Positions 1 through 8,718 of a stretch of DNA of 49,122 bases are shown here, one piece after another. The notes beneath the pieces are model-generated. The model saw nothing but the letters and a program-made list of their open reading frames with translations. It searched no databases and was not told the origin of the DNA. Made by a program: the position numbers and the translations under genes. This DNA is from a virus. Its lineage: Duplodnaviria > Caudoviricetes. The number at the start of each line of letters is the position of its first letter. The stretch's first letter is position 1. The stretch is taken from positions 1 through 49,122 of the IMG/VR virus record IMGVR_UViG_3300006224_000002; one strand, 5' to 3'.

Positions 1-40
1 AATATCCGGGCAAACTCGTCCATGGTAATGATCGGGTTAT
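1..40. repeat. Terminal direct repeat, copy 1 (circularity signature)
   Basis: AATATCCGGGCAAACTCGTCCATGGTAATGATCGGGTTAT is identical to 49083-49122. Confidence 0.97.
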
Positions 41-1056
41 CTGCACTGTCGATGGTCCCGCAGTTTATCACAATGGGCACCACTGCAGTTAAATGGCTTA
101 AAGAGATTGAGATTGCGACTCTGATTACCACCACCCGTATCAAAGCGATGGCGCCGGAACTGCTGATTATCTCCCTGGTTGCAGGTGGGGCCTATTTTAT
201 GTTCAGTGAAAGTGCGCGGGCTGCGGAGAAAGCGCAGAAATCATTCGCTGAATCGACGAGGGCTGGATTGCGGGGTACTAACGAGGAAGCGGAAAAACTG
301 AAACAAACCCTTGAAGAACTGGCAGGTTTCGGCAAGACAACGGAAGAGAAACGAGCTGTCAGGAAAGCAGAGTTCGAAGGAGAGCTGGAAGTTGCGGGAA
401 CAGACCCTGAGAAGCGGGCGGAAGCTGAAAGGAAGTATCAGAAAGATTTACTCCGTATTAGAAAAGAGGAGGCTGAAAAAGCATATGGTGCGGGGAGTCC
501 CACAGCGTTGGTTGATATCAAGTCTACAGAAAAAAGTATTCAGGAAATGGAAAGACTTGAGCGTGAACGTGGCCTTAGTATGCAGGAGCGAAAAGATCGC
601 GGGCTTGGGCCTACAAGTAAAGAACGGGTTCCGATAGAAACTGGAATTGCTCCATCATATTTAGAAGAAGTTGGATTGAGACAGAATATACAGAGAGTTC
701 AAACCACGCGTTATTTCCGTCCTGATATAATGATATCCGGGCGCGAACCTGGGCCGACCCCAACAGGCGTTTCACCTATTGACCCAGCAAGTTTTATGTA
801 TACTACACAAAAAGAAATATGGGATTCCCGGAAATCTCCAATTAATCCTTCGTGGGGCGCTGACAGGTCTGGTGCTGAAATGCAAAGCAGTAAAGAATTA
901 ACTGAGACTATGAAGACTGTTAGCGGGGATATATCGAAATCAGTGAAAGAACCGCGCGTGATGAACATTACAGTGAACGGGTACATTACTGACCTTGACC
1001 AGCTCGCTTCGGAAGTTGCGATCCGCATCGATAAATATAATTACAGAGTACAGTAA
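1..1056 (+). CDS. Tape-measure-like protein, C-terminal part (continues from 48747 across the junction; 463 aa in total)
   Basis: In frame with the ORF starting at 48747. Ala/Glu/Lys helical composition, hydrophobic stretches, C-terminal MNITVNG...DLDQLASEVA ending typical of TMPs; follows the tail tube and chaperone genes. Confidence 0.72.
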   Translation, partial: NIRANSSMVMIGLSALSMVPQFITMGTTAVKWLKEIEIATLITTTRIKAMAPELLIISLVAGGAYFMFSESARAAEKAQKSFAESTRAGLRGTNEEAEKLKQTLEELAGFGKTTEEKRAVRKAEFEGELEVAGTDPEKRAEAERKYQKDLLRIRKEEAEKAYGAGSPTALVDIKSTEKSIQEMERLERERGLSMQERKDRGLGPTSKERVPIETGIAPSYLEEVGLRQNIQRVQTTRYFRPDIMISGREPGPTPTGVSPIDPASFMYTTQKEIWDSRKSPINPSWGADRSGAEMQSSKELTETMKTVSGDISKSVKEPRVMNITVNGYITDLDQLASEVAIRIDKYNYRVQ

Positions 1057-1064
1057 GGACAAAC

Positions 1065-1646
1065 ATGAGACTTGACGAAACATACAATGCCCAGAAAACA
1101 ACAGATTATTCTTACACCTGGGGAGGAACAGCTTATACCAATATCCTTATAAGGGATACTCTTGGCGCAAATACGAGAGTTACCACATCTCAATCATTAA
1201 CTATGGGGAACGGGACGGATGCCACGACCACGATAACATGGATACTGCCGCACGTTTACAAGCGTAATACTTATCTGGATGGCATTACTGCAGGGAGCAT
1301 ACGGATAAAAGTCAGCACAGGAGCGAATCCCGGCAGCCCCTGGTTTAAGTTTCATTTTGACATTACGGTACAATCTATCGATAGTTCGGGAGTCGCCACA
1401 ACATTAGGAACCTTGACTACCGCAGAAGGTACGACATCCACGGTCCCTTCTGGTCAGTCCTTGACGATAGATGTACCTTTCTGGATCGATACGTTTAAGA
1501 AACTCTTGCCTTACAATACTAGGTTGGCTCTGAAGATCGTATATCATTTATATTGTCAGTCTTCAGATCCATTCACTGAAACCGGGTATGCCGAAATGGC
1601 ATTGAATAGTGCAGATACGTACATTCGAATTCCCTATATTCCCTGA
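1065..1646 (+). CDS. Putative minor tail / tail-tip protein
   Basis: 193 aa, Thr/Ser- and beta-rich, directly after the TMP, AGGA SD-like motif. Confidence 0.5.
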   Translation: MRLDETYNAQKTTDYSYTWGGTAYTNILIRDTLGANTRVTTSQSLTMGNGTDATTTITWILPHVYKRNTYLDGITAGSIRIKVSTGANPGSPWFKFHFDITVQSIDSSGVATTLGTLTTAEGTTSTVPSGQSLTIDVPFWIDTFKKLLPYNTRLALKIVYHLYCQSSDPFTETGYAEMALNSADTYIRIPYIP

Positions 1647-1653
1647 GAGCGAT

Positions 1654-2433
1654 ATGTCAGTATATTTAGTCGAACCAACCACCAGCACGGAAGCGGTACT
1701 AACCAACCTTACGGCAATCAATACGAAGTCAGGACGGGTAGTAAAAAAGGATGTGTCTTTATCCACCGGAGAACCGCTTGTATTTCCTGATGATCCGCTG
1801 CCTTTAGAGTTTCAGTTCGAGACGTTGCAGACCAGTGATCTTGATACTCAACGACGCAAACTCGCGTACATGAATATGTGCGGGCTGGATGTACTCTGTG
1901 TCATTCCTGACCGCGAGATCGCGCTCCTGGGTGCGGTTGAAAGTGGGTTGGGCCCTGAGACTGCAGAACGTAGTAGCACTGTTCCATTTTCAGTAAGTTT
2001 TGTCGGAAAGGGGACTGTTTTCGGGTATGCAAAAGAAGCGGAGAATTATACAGATAAGCACGCGAATGCCACCGTAGTTGCTGATGCGACTGCAAGCGGG
2101 GGTTCTGTGGTACGGTTTGATGCCCTGGGTGAATGGGCTCTTTGTAGTTATACTGCATACCCCTGGGCACTTCCAGCCGGGGATTATAAATTCTACATAC
2201 GCGCGAAGGCAGGTTCCGGGTCAGATATTACGATGGAAGTATACAACGCCACACACGGGGACCACGTTGTGTCAGATGTTTCGAAAACACTTACTACGAG
2301 CTGGGCATGGTATTCAATGGATTTCAATCCAGATTCAGGAGATGTTAATGATGTGATCTGGTTCCAGGTGACAAAAGCAAGTTCTAATTCAGTCACGAAT
2401 GATATCGATATGTTCGCAATCGTGAAGGTTTGA
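1654..2433 (+). CDS. Putative distal-tail protein with C-terminal carbohydrate-binding-like beta-sandwich
   Basis: ATG 1654 follows the previous stop. C-terminal ADATASGG...LPAGDYKFYIRAK...TLTTSWAWY...IDMF resembles CBM jelly-roll domains. Confidence 0.5.
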   Translation: MSVYLVEPTTSTEAVLTNLTAINTKSGRVVKKDVSLSTGEPLVFPDDPLPLEFQFETLQTSDLDTQRRKLAYMNMCGLDVLCVIPDREIALLGAVESGLGPETAERSSTVPFSVSFVGKGTVFGYAKEAENYTDKHANATVVADATASGGSVVRFDALGEWALCSYTAYPWALPAGDYKFYIRAKAGSGSDITMEVYNATHGDHVVSDVSKTLTTSWAWYSMDFNPDSGDVNDVIWFQVTKASSNSVTNDIDMFAIVKV

Positions 2434-2435
2434 TT

Positions 2436-2561
2436 TTACCAACCACGTTTCAGTTCCAGGTAAATCTGGAAGAAAACGAACAGTAAGAAACCGACAAGGA
2501 TCTGATACCCAATCAGTTTTGCTATGAATATTTCCGTTTCCTCGTCTGCTATTTTTGTCAT
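2436..2561 (-). CDS. Small membrane protein (41 aa, not in the ORF track)
   Basis: Translates MTKIADEETEIFIAKLIGYQILVGFLLFVFFQIYLELKRGW, one TM segment; AT-rich TATA-like sequence about 30 nt upstream. Confidence 0.4.
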   Translation of the reverse strand: MTKIADEETEIFIAKLIGYQILVGFLLFVFFQIYLELKRGW

Positions 2562-2683
2562 AGAATATAATTATTGTTTAAGGCATTATTAATATTTTCT
2601 TATCGCATCGTTGGGGTGCAGGGGCGCAAATAAGACTTCGCATGAAAATGCGGAAATACACAAGCCCCCGCCTTAAAGCGCAA

Positions 2684-2779
2684 TACTTGCCCCAAAAAAC
2701 AGTTGTGTAGGCTGCATTCTAGGGGCAAGCATAAACATATATAATATCGAATCATATTAAGTGTTGTGTAGGTTGCATG
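2684..2779. promoter_or_regulatory. Nuclease-leader hairpin cassette, copy A (before tnpB)
   Basis: Stem CTTGCCCC 2686-2693 / GGGGCAAG 2722-2729; A6 at 2694-2699; loop GTTGTGTAGGCTGCAT 2702-2717 repeated as GTTGTGTAGGTTGCAT 2763-2778; GCATA 2729; CATATTA 2753. Confidence 0.8.
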
Positions 2780-3946
2780 AAGAAAGCATACAAATTCAGA
2801 ATATACCCGAACAAGCATCAAGAAGTTAATCTGAACAGGACTCTTGCTACATGCAGACATCTCTACAACGATTCCCTTTCAAAGAGGAGACGGCAAGCAA
2901 AGCTTAACAACCTGTGCAGGGATTTTGGAGTATTCCCCTGGGGAAAGCCTGAATGGGTCTCATATGAAGACCAGGCTAACGACTTAGCATCATCGAAAAC
3001 CCCTGAGCAGAATGAAGTATTCTCCCAGGTCTTGCAGGATGTTCTGAGAAGGCTGGATAAGACCTTCAAGAACTTCTATCGTGGTTTCGGGTATCCAAGA
3101 TTCAAAGGAAGGAACAGGTATGATTCCTTCACCTATCCTCAAAAAGGATTTGGGCTAAAAGATGGAAAGCTAATCCTTTCAAAGATAGGTAATATCCGCA
3201 TATTCCAGCATCGTGAGATAGAAGGAACAATCAAGACATGCACGATCAAGAAGGATATTGATCAGTGGTATGTCGTATTCACAGTAGAAATCGAAAAACC
3301 TATAATCCCTGTTGAGATCATGACCAGAACAGGAATCGATGTTGGTCTGAAGTCGCTAATCACTCTTAGCAATGGAAAGCAGATAGAACCTCCTAGATTT
3401 CTGAGAGCGTCAGAGCAAAAACTTGTCTGGGAACAGAGAAAGTTAAGCAGGAAAAAGAAAGGCTCTGCTAATAGAAATAGGCAGAGATTCAAGGTAGCGA
3501 AAGTTCACAGGAAAGTCAAGAATCAGAGAAAGGACTTTGCTCATAAAACAAGCAGAGAACTTGTTAATAATTACGACTTGATAGCATTTGAGAACTTGAA
3601 CATTAGGGGTATGGTTCAGAACCATCGCCTTGCTAAATCAATCTCGGATGCTGGATGGTATCAGCTACAAACATTCACAGCATACAAAGCGGAAGATGCT
3701 GGCAAGCAGTGTAAGTTTGTAGTTTCTAACGGAACATCGCAAGAATGCAGTGTCTGCGGAAACAAGGAAATACTGACGTTAGCAGATAGGGTATTCCGAT
3801 GCTCCCGATGCGGACACATCGAAGATAGAGATGTTAATGCATCAAAAAATATCAAGAACAGAGCAGTAGGGACGGACTGTCCCGAATTAACGCCTGTGGA
3901 GAGTATGCACAAGCAACTCGTGGAAGCAGGAAGCCCCGTTCTTTAG
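2777..3946 (+). CDS. tnpB: TnpB RNA-guided endonuclease (IS200/IS605 family OrfB)
   Basis: N-terminal KAYKFRIYP, RuvC-I GIDVGLK, RuvC-II AFENL, zinc finger CSVC...CSRC, RuvC-III DRDVNAS; all three catalytic acidic residues present. Confidence 0.95.
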   Translation: MKKAYKFRIYPNKHQEVNLNRTLATCRHLYNDSLSKRRRQAKLNNLCRDFGVFPWGKPEWVSYEDQANDLASSKTPEQNEVFSQVLQDVLRRLDKTFKNFYRGFGYPRFKGRNRYDSFTYPQKGFGLKDGKLILSKIGNIRIFQHREIEGTIKTCTIKKDIDQWYVVFTVEIEKPIIPVEIMTRTGIDVGLKSLITLSNGKQIEPPRFLRASEQKLVWEQRKLSRKKKGSANRNRQRFKVAKVHRKVKNQRKDFAHKTSRELVNNYDLIAFENLNIRGMVQNHRLAKSISDAGWYQLQTFTAYKAEDAGKQCKFVVSNGTSQECSVCGNKEILTLADRVFRCSRCGHIEDRDVNASKNIKNRAVGTDCPELTPVESMHKQLVEAGSPVL

Positions 3947-3980
3947 AACGGGAGGATGTCACTTCATTTTCTTCAAGAAT
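3860..3980 (+). ncRNA. Putative TnpB omega/reRNA 3' portion with right-end hairpin and guide (5' limit uncertain)
   Basis: GAAGCCCCGTTCTTTAGAACGGGAGGATGTCAC has the stem CCCGTTC/GAACGGG with a TTTA loop and ends in TCAC at 3959-3962, typical of IS605-type right ends. Predicted guide begins TTCATTTTCTTCAAGA at 3963. Confidence 0.7.
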
Positions 3981-5074
3981 TCTAATCCCAGCCCCATGAT
4001 CTCAATCCATGCCTGTTTTTCATTCTTATGGTGGTCAATAGTTATCCCGTATGGCGACAACAGTGCGCCAGTCAAGTCAATCCCATGCACCTGGTTGTAA
4101 ACCGCTGGCATGTCGCTGTCCTGCTGCCATCCCGCTTGTTTGCAATGCTGGGAATAACTGAGGATCTGTGAAAGTTCGGTATTTCTTCCCCTGCGCGATG
4201 TGTAGAGCTGGACTTCGTTCCATCGTTCGATCCCAGCAGCCTTCGCGATCTGCTTGACGGCTTTCCTTGCAGTTTCGTATTTGATATGCTGACCTCTTCT
4301 ACCTCCGCGGATGTCTACCCAGACATGATCGTCTTGTACTTTTGTACAGTTCTTGGATTCCACGGAATCCATACTTTGTACATATGTATAATTCCTCATC
4401 TTTAGCCATGCCTTCAGCCAAGGCACCGTAAAGAATAGTGACACTACCCGCGCCCCCGTCTTGCTTTCGGGCGACAGGGTCAGGTATGCAATATCGAGGC
4501 TCACACTAACAGGAGTTCCGTTGCCGTTTGCCATCTTCGCGGGGATTGTCTCGAATCTGATATCTTCGCGTTTCAGCATGAAAAACTCGTGCGGCCTGCA
4601 GTTGGATTCATACAGGCACGCGAGCATGGCTTTATCTCGGAAATGCGGCCAGTTGCATTGACATATCTTCAGGATATCGTGAACTGTAAGGAAAAAGCGC
4701 GGGAGGATAGCTCTGGCAGATGTGGTTTTTATCTGCGTTGCCAAGGGATTATTGAGATGTTCCAGGACTCGTTTCAGGAATATTTTATAATCCCTTTTGG
4801 CTTCCGAACCGTATCCTGTATTATGCTCGATGATTGATAATGTATGATACAATGCATCTTGCGTTACATCATGAAATGAATGGAGATATCCACGCTCTAT
4901 GATGAGGCGCAGGTAAAGATAATATTTCTCTGCACGACTGTACTTTATCTTTGTCGCAAGAAGCTTGTCTATCAATGCAGTAACGGCAGACTTATCTTGT
5001 TCAGATATTGCTTTAGAAGAAAGGAACTTTTCTTTTGCCCGATCGTAATGATTTGGAATCCACGTTTTTATCAC
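3959..5074 (-). CDS. int: Tyrosine recombinase / integrase
   Basis: RDKAMLACLYESNCRPHE (R), SKTGAR (K), LYTSRRGR (H-x-x-R variant), AGW...SDMPAVY (W, catalytic Y); archaeal-type integrase; GTG start. Confidence 0.9.
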   Translation of the reverse strand: MIKTWIPNHYDRAKEKFLSSKAISEQDKSAVTALIDKLLATKIKYSRAEKYYLYLRLIIERGYLHSFHDVTQDALYHTLSIIEHNTGYGSEAKRDYKIFLKRVLEHLNNPLATQIKTTSARAILPRFFLTVHDILKICQCNWPHFRDKAMLACLYESNCRPHEFFMLKREDIRFETIPAKMANGNGTPVSVSLDIAYLTLSPESKTGARVVSLFFTVPWLKAWLKMRNYTYVQSMDSVESKNCTKVQDDHVWVDIRGGRRGQHIKYETARKAVKQIAKAAGIERWNEVQLYTSRRGRNTELSQILSYSQHCKQAGWQQDSDMPAVYNQVHGIDLTGALLSPYGITIDHHKNEKQAWIEIMGLGLEFLKKMK

Positions 5075-5148
5075 CGGACTTCTTTGACCGTTAAATCGGG
5101 CATAAAGTTATTGATGTGCATAATATAGACAAGGATAATAATAACCAC

Positions 5149-5451
5149 TCACAAATATGCGCTCGCTCCGTCCGAGCTTATGAAGTTCAGCAGTGAATCC
5201 AGTGAGGCTGGTGTCGATGGATTCTCAGTACTAAGCGGGAACATGTGGCTTGGTGGGTCGGTACTAATCCCAGTCGGGGCGTAGGTTTTTTTCTCTGCCC
5301 GCAGTCTCTCAAGAAACTGAGTTATAGCAATCGTACAAACATCGGATACGCTTGAGAACTCGGTTTTATCAGCCACGACCAAGTCAAGTTCTTTCTTTAA
5401 ATATGGCGACAATGTTATGTTTACTTGTTCTTTGTGTTTGGTAGATGTCAT
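5149..5451 (-). CDS. Ribbon-helix-helix (CopG-like) regulator, candidate repressor
   Basis: QVNITLSPYLKKELDLVV...FSSVSDVCTIAITQFL RHH pattern; GGAGGTGA SD; same orientation as int. Confidence 0.72.
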   Translation of the reverse strand: MTSTKHKEQVNITLSPYLKKELDLVVADKTEFSSVSDVCTIAITQFLERLRAEKKTYAPTGISTDPPSHMFPLSTENPSTPASLDSLLNFISSDGASAYL

Positions 5452-5478
5452 AGTCTGTATTCACCTCCATTCATCCTT

Positions 5479-5596
5479 TACTTTATCTTTACTATGATAT
5501 ATATTTTTCCTTAAGTAATGAATAAATAACTATAAATTTTAGATGTTACTATAGTAAAGAGAGAGTACCAAAAGATATTTAAGTAAAGAGAGAGTA
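5479..5596. promoter_or_regulatory. Divergent promoter region with three operator-like repeats AGTAAAGA(G/T)A(G/A)AGTA
   Basis: Copies at 5553-5567 (+), 5582-5596 (+) and 5479-5493 (-), with AT-rich TATA-like segments, between two divergent RHH genes. Confidence 0.75.
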
Positions 5597-5607
5597 AAGG
5601 AAGAATT

Positions 5608-5799
5608 ATGGTACAAAAGCAAGAGGGCTCAAAGATCGTCAATTTTAAAATGACCGAGGAAGACTTGGAACGACTTGATAAACTTGTTGAGAAGGAAGGG
5701 TATCATGACCGTGCTGACGCTATCCGCACATTAATCAGAATGAGGTTTGAAATACAGTTCCCCGTATCGGCGCAGTCTGCGGAGGCTCAACATGCCTGA
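5608..5799 (+). CDS. Ribbon-helix-helix (CopG/NikR N-terminal-like) regulator, Cro-like position
   Basis: IVNFKMTEEDLERLDKLVEKEGYHDRADAIRTLIR is a clear RHH signature; first gene of the rightward early operon. Confidence 0.82.
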   Translation: MVQKQEGSKIVNFKMTEEDLERLDKLVEKEGYHDRADAIRTLIRMRFEIQFPVSAQSAEAQHA

Positions 5800-6136
5800 A
5801 TGTTTCAAATGTGGAACTGTATTTGAACCGCTCATTAAACACCATTTGAGCTATAATCCTGAGAGACTTGTAGATTGTTGTCTTTCCTGTCATAGAATTA
5901 TTCACGAGAAAATCAGAAGAGAGGGCACGTGCCCGTTGCCCCCGAAAGTAGTTGAGAGACTTTCTACGAACAGTAGCCGATGCAGGTATCATAAAAATCA
6001 TAGAGAGCGAATTCATTTTCACGAGACAATTGCGCCGTATGTAATGCTCATAGAAAATATCGATTATAATAAAAAAACTGGAAATGTTGGTTATTGGGCT
6101 GGATTTCGGATAATATGCGAGGGGGTACAATCATGA
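5792..6136 (+). CDS. Small HNH-like zinc-binding protein
   Basis: CFKC...KHHLSY...CLSCHRIIH; GGAGG upstream of ATG 5792. Confidence 0.55.
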   Translation: MPECFKCGTVFEPLIKHHLSYNPERLVDCCLSCHRIIHEKIRREGTCPLPPKVVERLSTNSSRCRYHKNHRERIHFHETIAPYVMLIENIDYNKKTGNVGYWAGFRIICEGVQS

Positions 6137-6306
6137 CCAGAAAGAGCATATATGAGCGTATTGAAGCTCTTGACTTGGGCGCCAGTCATTACATGCTTGG
6201 GCTGTGGCACAAAGGGATACAGTTTCCGCTTGCGTTACAGAGCGCAGAAAAGAAGATGAGGACAGAAACCCCCGAACAGATGGAATTGTTGGGGGCGCAG
6301 GCATGA
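6133..6306 (+). CDS. Hypothetical protein
   Basis: ATGA overlaps with both neighbours; GAGGGGG SD-like motif. Confidence 0.5.
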   Translation: MTRKSIYERIEALDLGASHYMLGLWHKGIQFPLALQSAEKKMRTETPEQMELLGAQA

Positions 6307-6611
6307 CCAGAAGGGGCGCAGTTGGAATCCATGATATGTTCCTGCCTAATGAATATGCAGATACTCTTGGCTTCATCGTTACTTTCAACGATGGCACTCA
6401 GATGCAAGTATCTGGCGGTCTGGCAAGCATACCTGAAGAGATGATAAAAAATCACGGCAGAGTCAAGGACGCTGTTGAACTAACGAATGACGGCCGGTTG
6501 GGGATGTTCCCGAACTGCAAGCATATCAAATGTTCAAAGTGCAGGACAAAGACGAAAGTGCATTGTTGCACTCAGGCGTGGAATGGCTTTCAGTCAGCGG
6601 GGGCGTGCTGA
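6303..6611 (+). CDS. Hypothetical Cys-rich protein
   Basis: ATGA coupling; C-terminal CKHIKCSKC...HCC. Confidence 0.5.
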   Translation: MTRRGAVGIHDMFLPNEYADTLGFIVTFNDGTQMQVSGGLASIPEEMIKNHGRVKDAVELTNDGRLGMFPNCKHIKCSKCRTKTKVHCCTQAWNGFQSAGAC

Positions 6612-6829
6612 TGAACCACCATACAGAACAAATAACGATGGTATGTATACATTGTGGAAATAAGCAAGTAATGCGAGAAATTCCATCAGAAGGTATGCAT
6701 TTAGATAATATCGCGTTATGTTGTGAGGGGGCAAGTTATTATGTAGTAGATTCCCCACAGGCAAAATATTTTTTTGAAAAACAAATGGGCGAAACGGGTA
6801 TTAAGGGTGGAGGCAAGACCGAAGTATAA
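6611..6829 (+). CDS. Hypothetical zinc-ribbon protein
   Basis: TGATG coupling; CIHCG...CC. Confidence 0.5.
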   Translation: MNHHTEQITMVCIHCGNKQVMREIPSEGMHLDNIALCCEGASYYVVDSPQAKYFFEKQMGETGIKGGGKTEV

Positions 6830-6899
6830 CTGAAAATACGGATTATGGTGGTGCAGAAATGAAGAATAAACAAAGCGTAGAGACTGAACGGGTGGTATA

Positions 6900-7649
6900 A
6901 TGTCAAATTTCGGTAGTAAAATTAAAGATAAATGTCTGAAGGCTATCAAAGCGAAGCCTGGGTTACTCAGATATGAACTTTATAATATGGGTATTGGCCA
7001 CCGAACAGGTATCCTGTTGTGGGTGTCTCGGATGGTCTATGAAGGAATAATTGTGAGGGTATGGGATGATGTAATGCGATCATGGAGATTGTATCCCAAA
7101 GGGAAAGAACCTCAACTGCACAAACCCGAATCTAAAATGTATGTTAATTCGCTTTTCTCACGTAATATCTTGGATCGAAAGGAGGTGGCAGATTACAAAT
7201 TCAATAAAGGACATGGAAATGATTTTTATAATGCTTTTGATGAGGCTTTCGGGATACTGTATATCGATTTGAAGATTTTGGGAATAGCTGCGCAGGAGTT
7301 AAATTCTCCAGAGGTCAATGACGATGTGGCCTTCGCGCTTGTGACTGATACCGTCACTCCTATCCTAAAAGAGAGTAGTAACCATTTTTGTGCGAAGGCC
7401 GGAACCGGGGGCATTTACCACCACCTAACCGAATCCGTTTTGACTTCCCCGGTTCCCACCACCAAGACCAGAGCAGGTTTAAACCCTTTTTCTAACCCAC
7501 TCCCAACCTCCTGCTCTGGTTACTCACAATTATGCACTGCATTTGGTTCATGCTCCTCGAACTGTCGGCCAGATGCATCCCAATTATCAGATTCCAGTTA
7601 TGATTCGCAAGAGTCTAACACGAGATTCCCGGAAGGTGAATGCGTATAG
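6900..7649 (+). CDS. Winged-helix protein (N-terminal), C-terminal third of doubtful coding status
   Basis: N-terminal AIKAKPGL...EGIIVR...SWRLYP resembles the ORFs at 10058 and 13137; the 3' part overlaps GC-rich inverted repeats. Confidence 0.5.
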   Translation: MSNFGSKIKDKCLKAIKAKPGLLRYELYNMGIGHRTGILLWVSRMVYEGIIVRVWDDVMRSWRLYPKGKEPQLHKPESKMYVNSLFSRNILDRKEVADYKFNKGHGNDFYNAFDEAFGILYIDLKILGIAAQELNSPEVNDDVAFALVTDTVTPILKESSNHFCAKAGTGGIYHHLTESVLTSPVPTTKTRAGLNPFSNPLPTSCSGYSQLCTAFGSCSSNCRPDASQLSDSSYDSQESNTRFPEGECV

Positions 7650-7724
7650 CCGCCTTCGACAAAAGACTTTCCGGGATCGACCTCTCGTTCAAAGGTCGAA
7701 TAACAAGAAACGAGATGAGATAAT

Positions 7725-7922
7725 ATGAAGAAAACAGTACATGAACTAAGAAAAAATCAGAGGGTGCAAGCCGTCCGTGAGAAGATTGCAGCCGCACCCC
7801 GCAAAGTATCGCCAGAAGATAACATAAATGTTCCGCAGTGTTTCCATTGTGGTGCTCTGCTTCCGCACGACACCCAGTTCCAGGAACTGCACATGAAAAC
7901 CGTACATGGGCTGGTGGTGTGA
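7725..7922 (+). CDS. Small C2H2-like zinc protein
   Basis: CFHCG...LHMKTVH. Confidence 0.5.
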   Translation: MKKTVHELRKNQRVQAVREKIAAAPRKVSPEDNINVPQCFHCGALLPHDTQFQELHMKTVHGLVV

Positions 7923-7923
7923 T

Positions 7924-8523
7924 ATGACCGAAGATATTCAAAGAAATGCGCTTCTGCTGGCGAAGAGCGAAATAATTCAAATGCGACCATATCTTTCCTT
8001 GGAATATGATATGTCGGCTGTGGACAGGACTCTCCAAAATGTCGAGACTGCGCTGGGAATGGAGTCGCCTGAACCTACACCAACCGAGGAGTCATATTAT
8101 AATCTTCGTGCGTTTTTTTCGCAGGAAATAGTAGATTTAGCACAACTCATCAGATTACAGTCTGGCGGGCATGTCAGGCATCAGCTTTTGACCCTGCCTG
8201 AACAGATTAAATCGCAATCCCAGAAGGTCGCTGACCTGACAGCAGATATCGAGAAGTTACGGTTGAGCATTGCGAATATCAAGAACCAACATCTTGAGAT
8301 CGTGCTGTCTGCTACCGAGAATAATAAACCGAAGTACAGCAACGAACAGACAAGGAAAATCGCAGTTGAGCAGTTGTTGCGAGAGGATAAACTATATCTC
8401 GACAATACCGATGAGCTGGGCAGGACAGAGACTGCGTTGAGGTCTGAACAGATACAGCTTGAGTATTTACAGAATATGTTCTTGGCATATCGGAGTGTAG
8501 CGAACATGCACGAGGTGAGGTAA
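7924..8523 (+). CDS. Coiled-coil hypothetical protein
   Basis: Heptad-rich; contains KPKYSNEQTRK; operonic spacing. Confidence 0.6.
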   Translation: MTEDIQRNALLLAKSEIIQMRPYLSLEYDMSAVDRTLQNVETALGMESPEPTPTEESYYNLRAFFSQEIVDLAQLIRLQSGGHVRHQLLTLPEQIKSQSQKVADLTADIEKLRLSIANIKNQHLEIVLSATENNKPKYSNEQTRKIAVEQLLREDKLYLDNTDELGRTETALRSEQIQLEYLQNMFLAYRSVANMHEVR

Positions 8524-8524
8524 A

Positions 8525-8713
8525 ATGGAAATTGTATGGACGCATGAAAAACAAGATGAGGTCTGTGAAAGACTTGATAAATGGCTCATGGCACACCATG
8601 CATATTCAGGCGAGATGATGCAACAGGACGACGACTGCCAGACGGATGCGATCAACATTTTATCGGAACTGGTTGATGAGATAATTAAACCTTCCACAGA
8701 AGACGAGGAGTGA
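8525..8713 (+). CDS. Hypothetical acidic protein
   Basis: GAGGT SD, tight operonic spacing. Confidence 0.55.
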   Translation: MEIVWTHEKQDEVCERLDKWLMAHHAYSGEMMQQDDDCQTDAINILSELVDEIIKPSTEDEE

Positions 8714-8718
8714 TTAAA

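Noticed and set aside
1-40. 40-bp end repeat as a physical terminal repeat or att site
   Set aside because: It falls in the middle of the tape-measure ORF; an assembly overlap of a circular or permuted genome is the simpler explanation.
2562-2683. tRNA or tRNA-derived attP near the integrase/tnpB
   Set aside because: No T-loop GTTC(G/A)A arm or cloverleaf was recognisable here or at 5075-5148.
5792-6136. A fifth leader cassette before this HNH-like ORF
   Set aside because: Its start overlaps the RHH gene; no stem, A6 or duplicated box was found, so the cassette is not universal to HNH-like ORFs.
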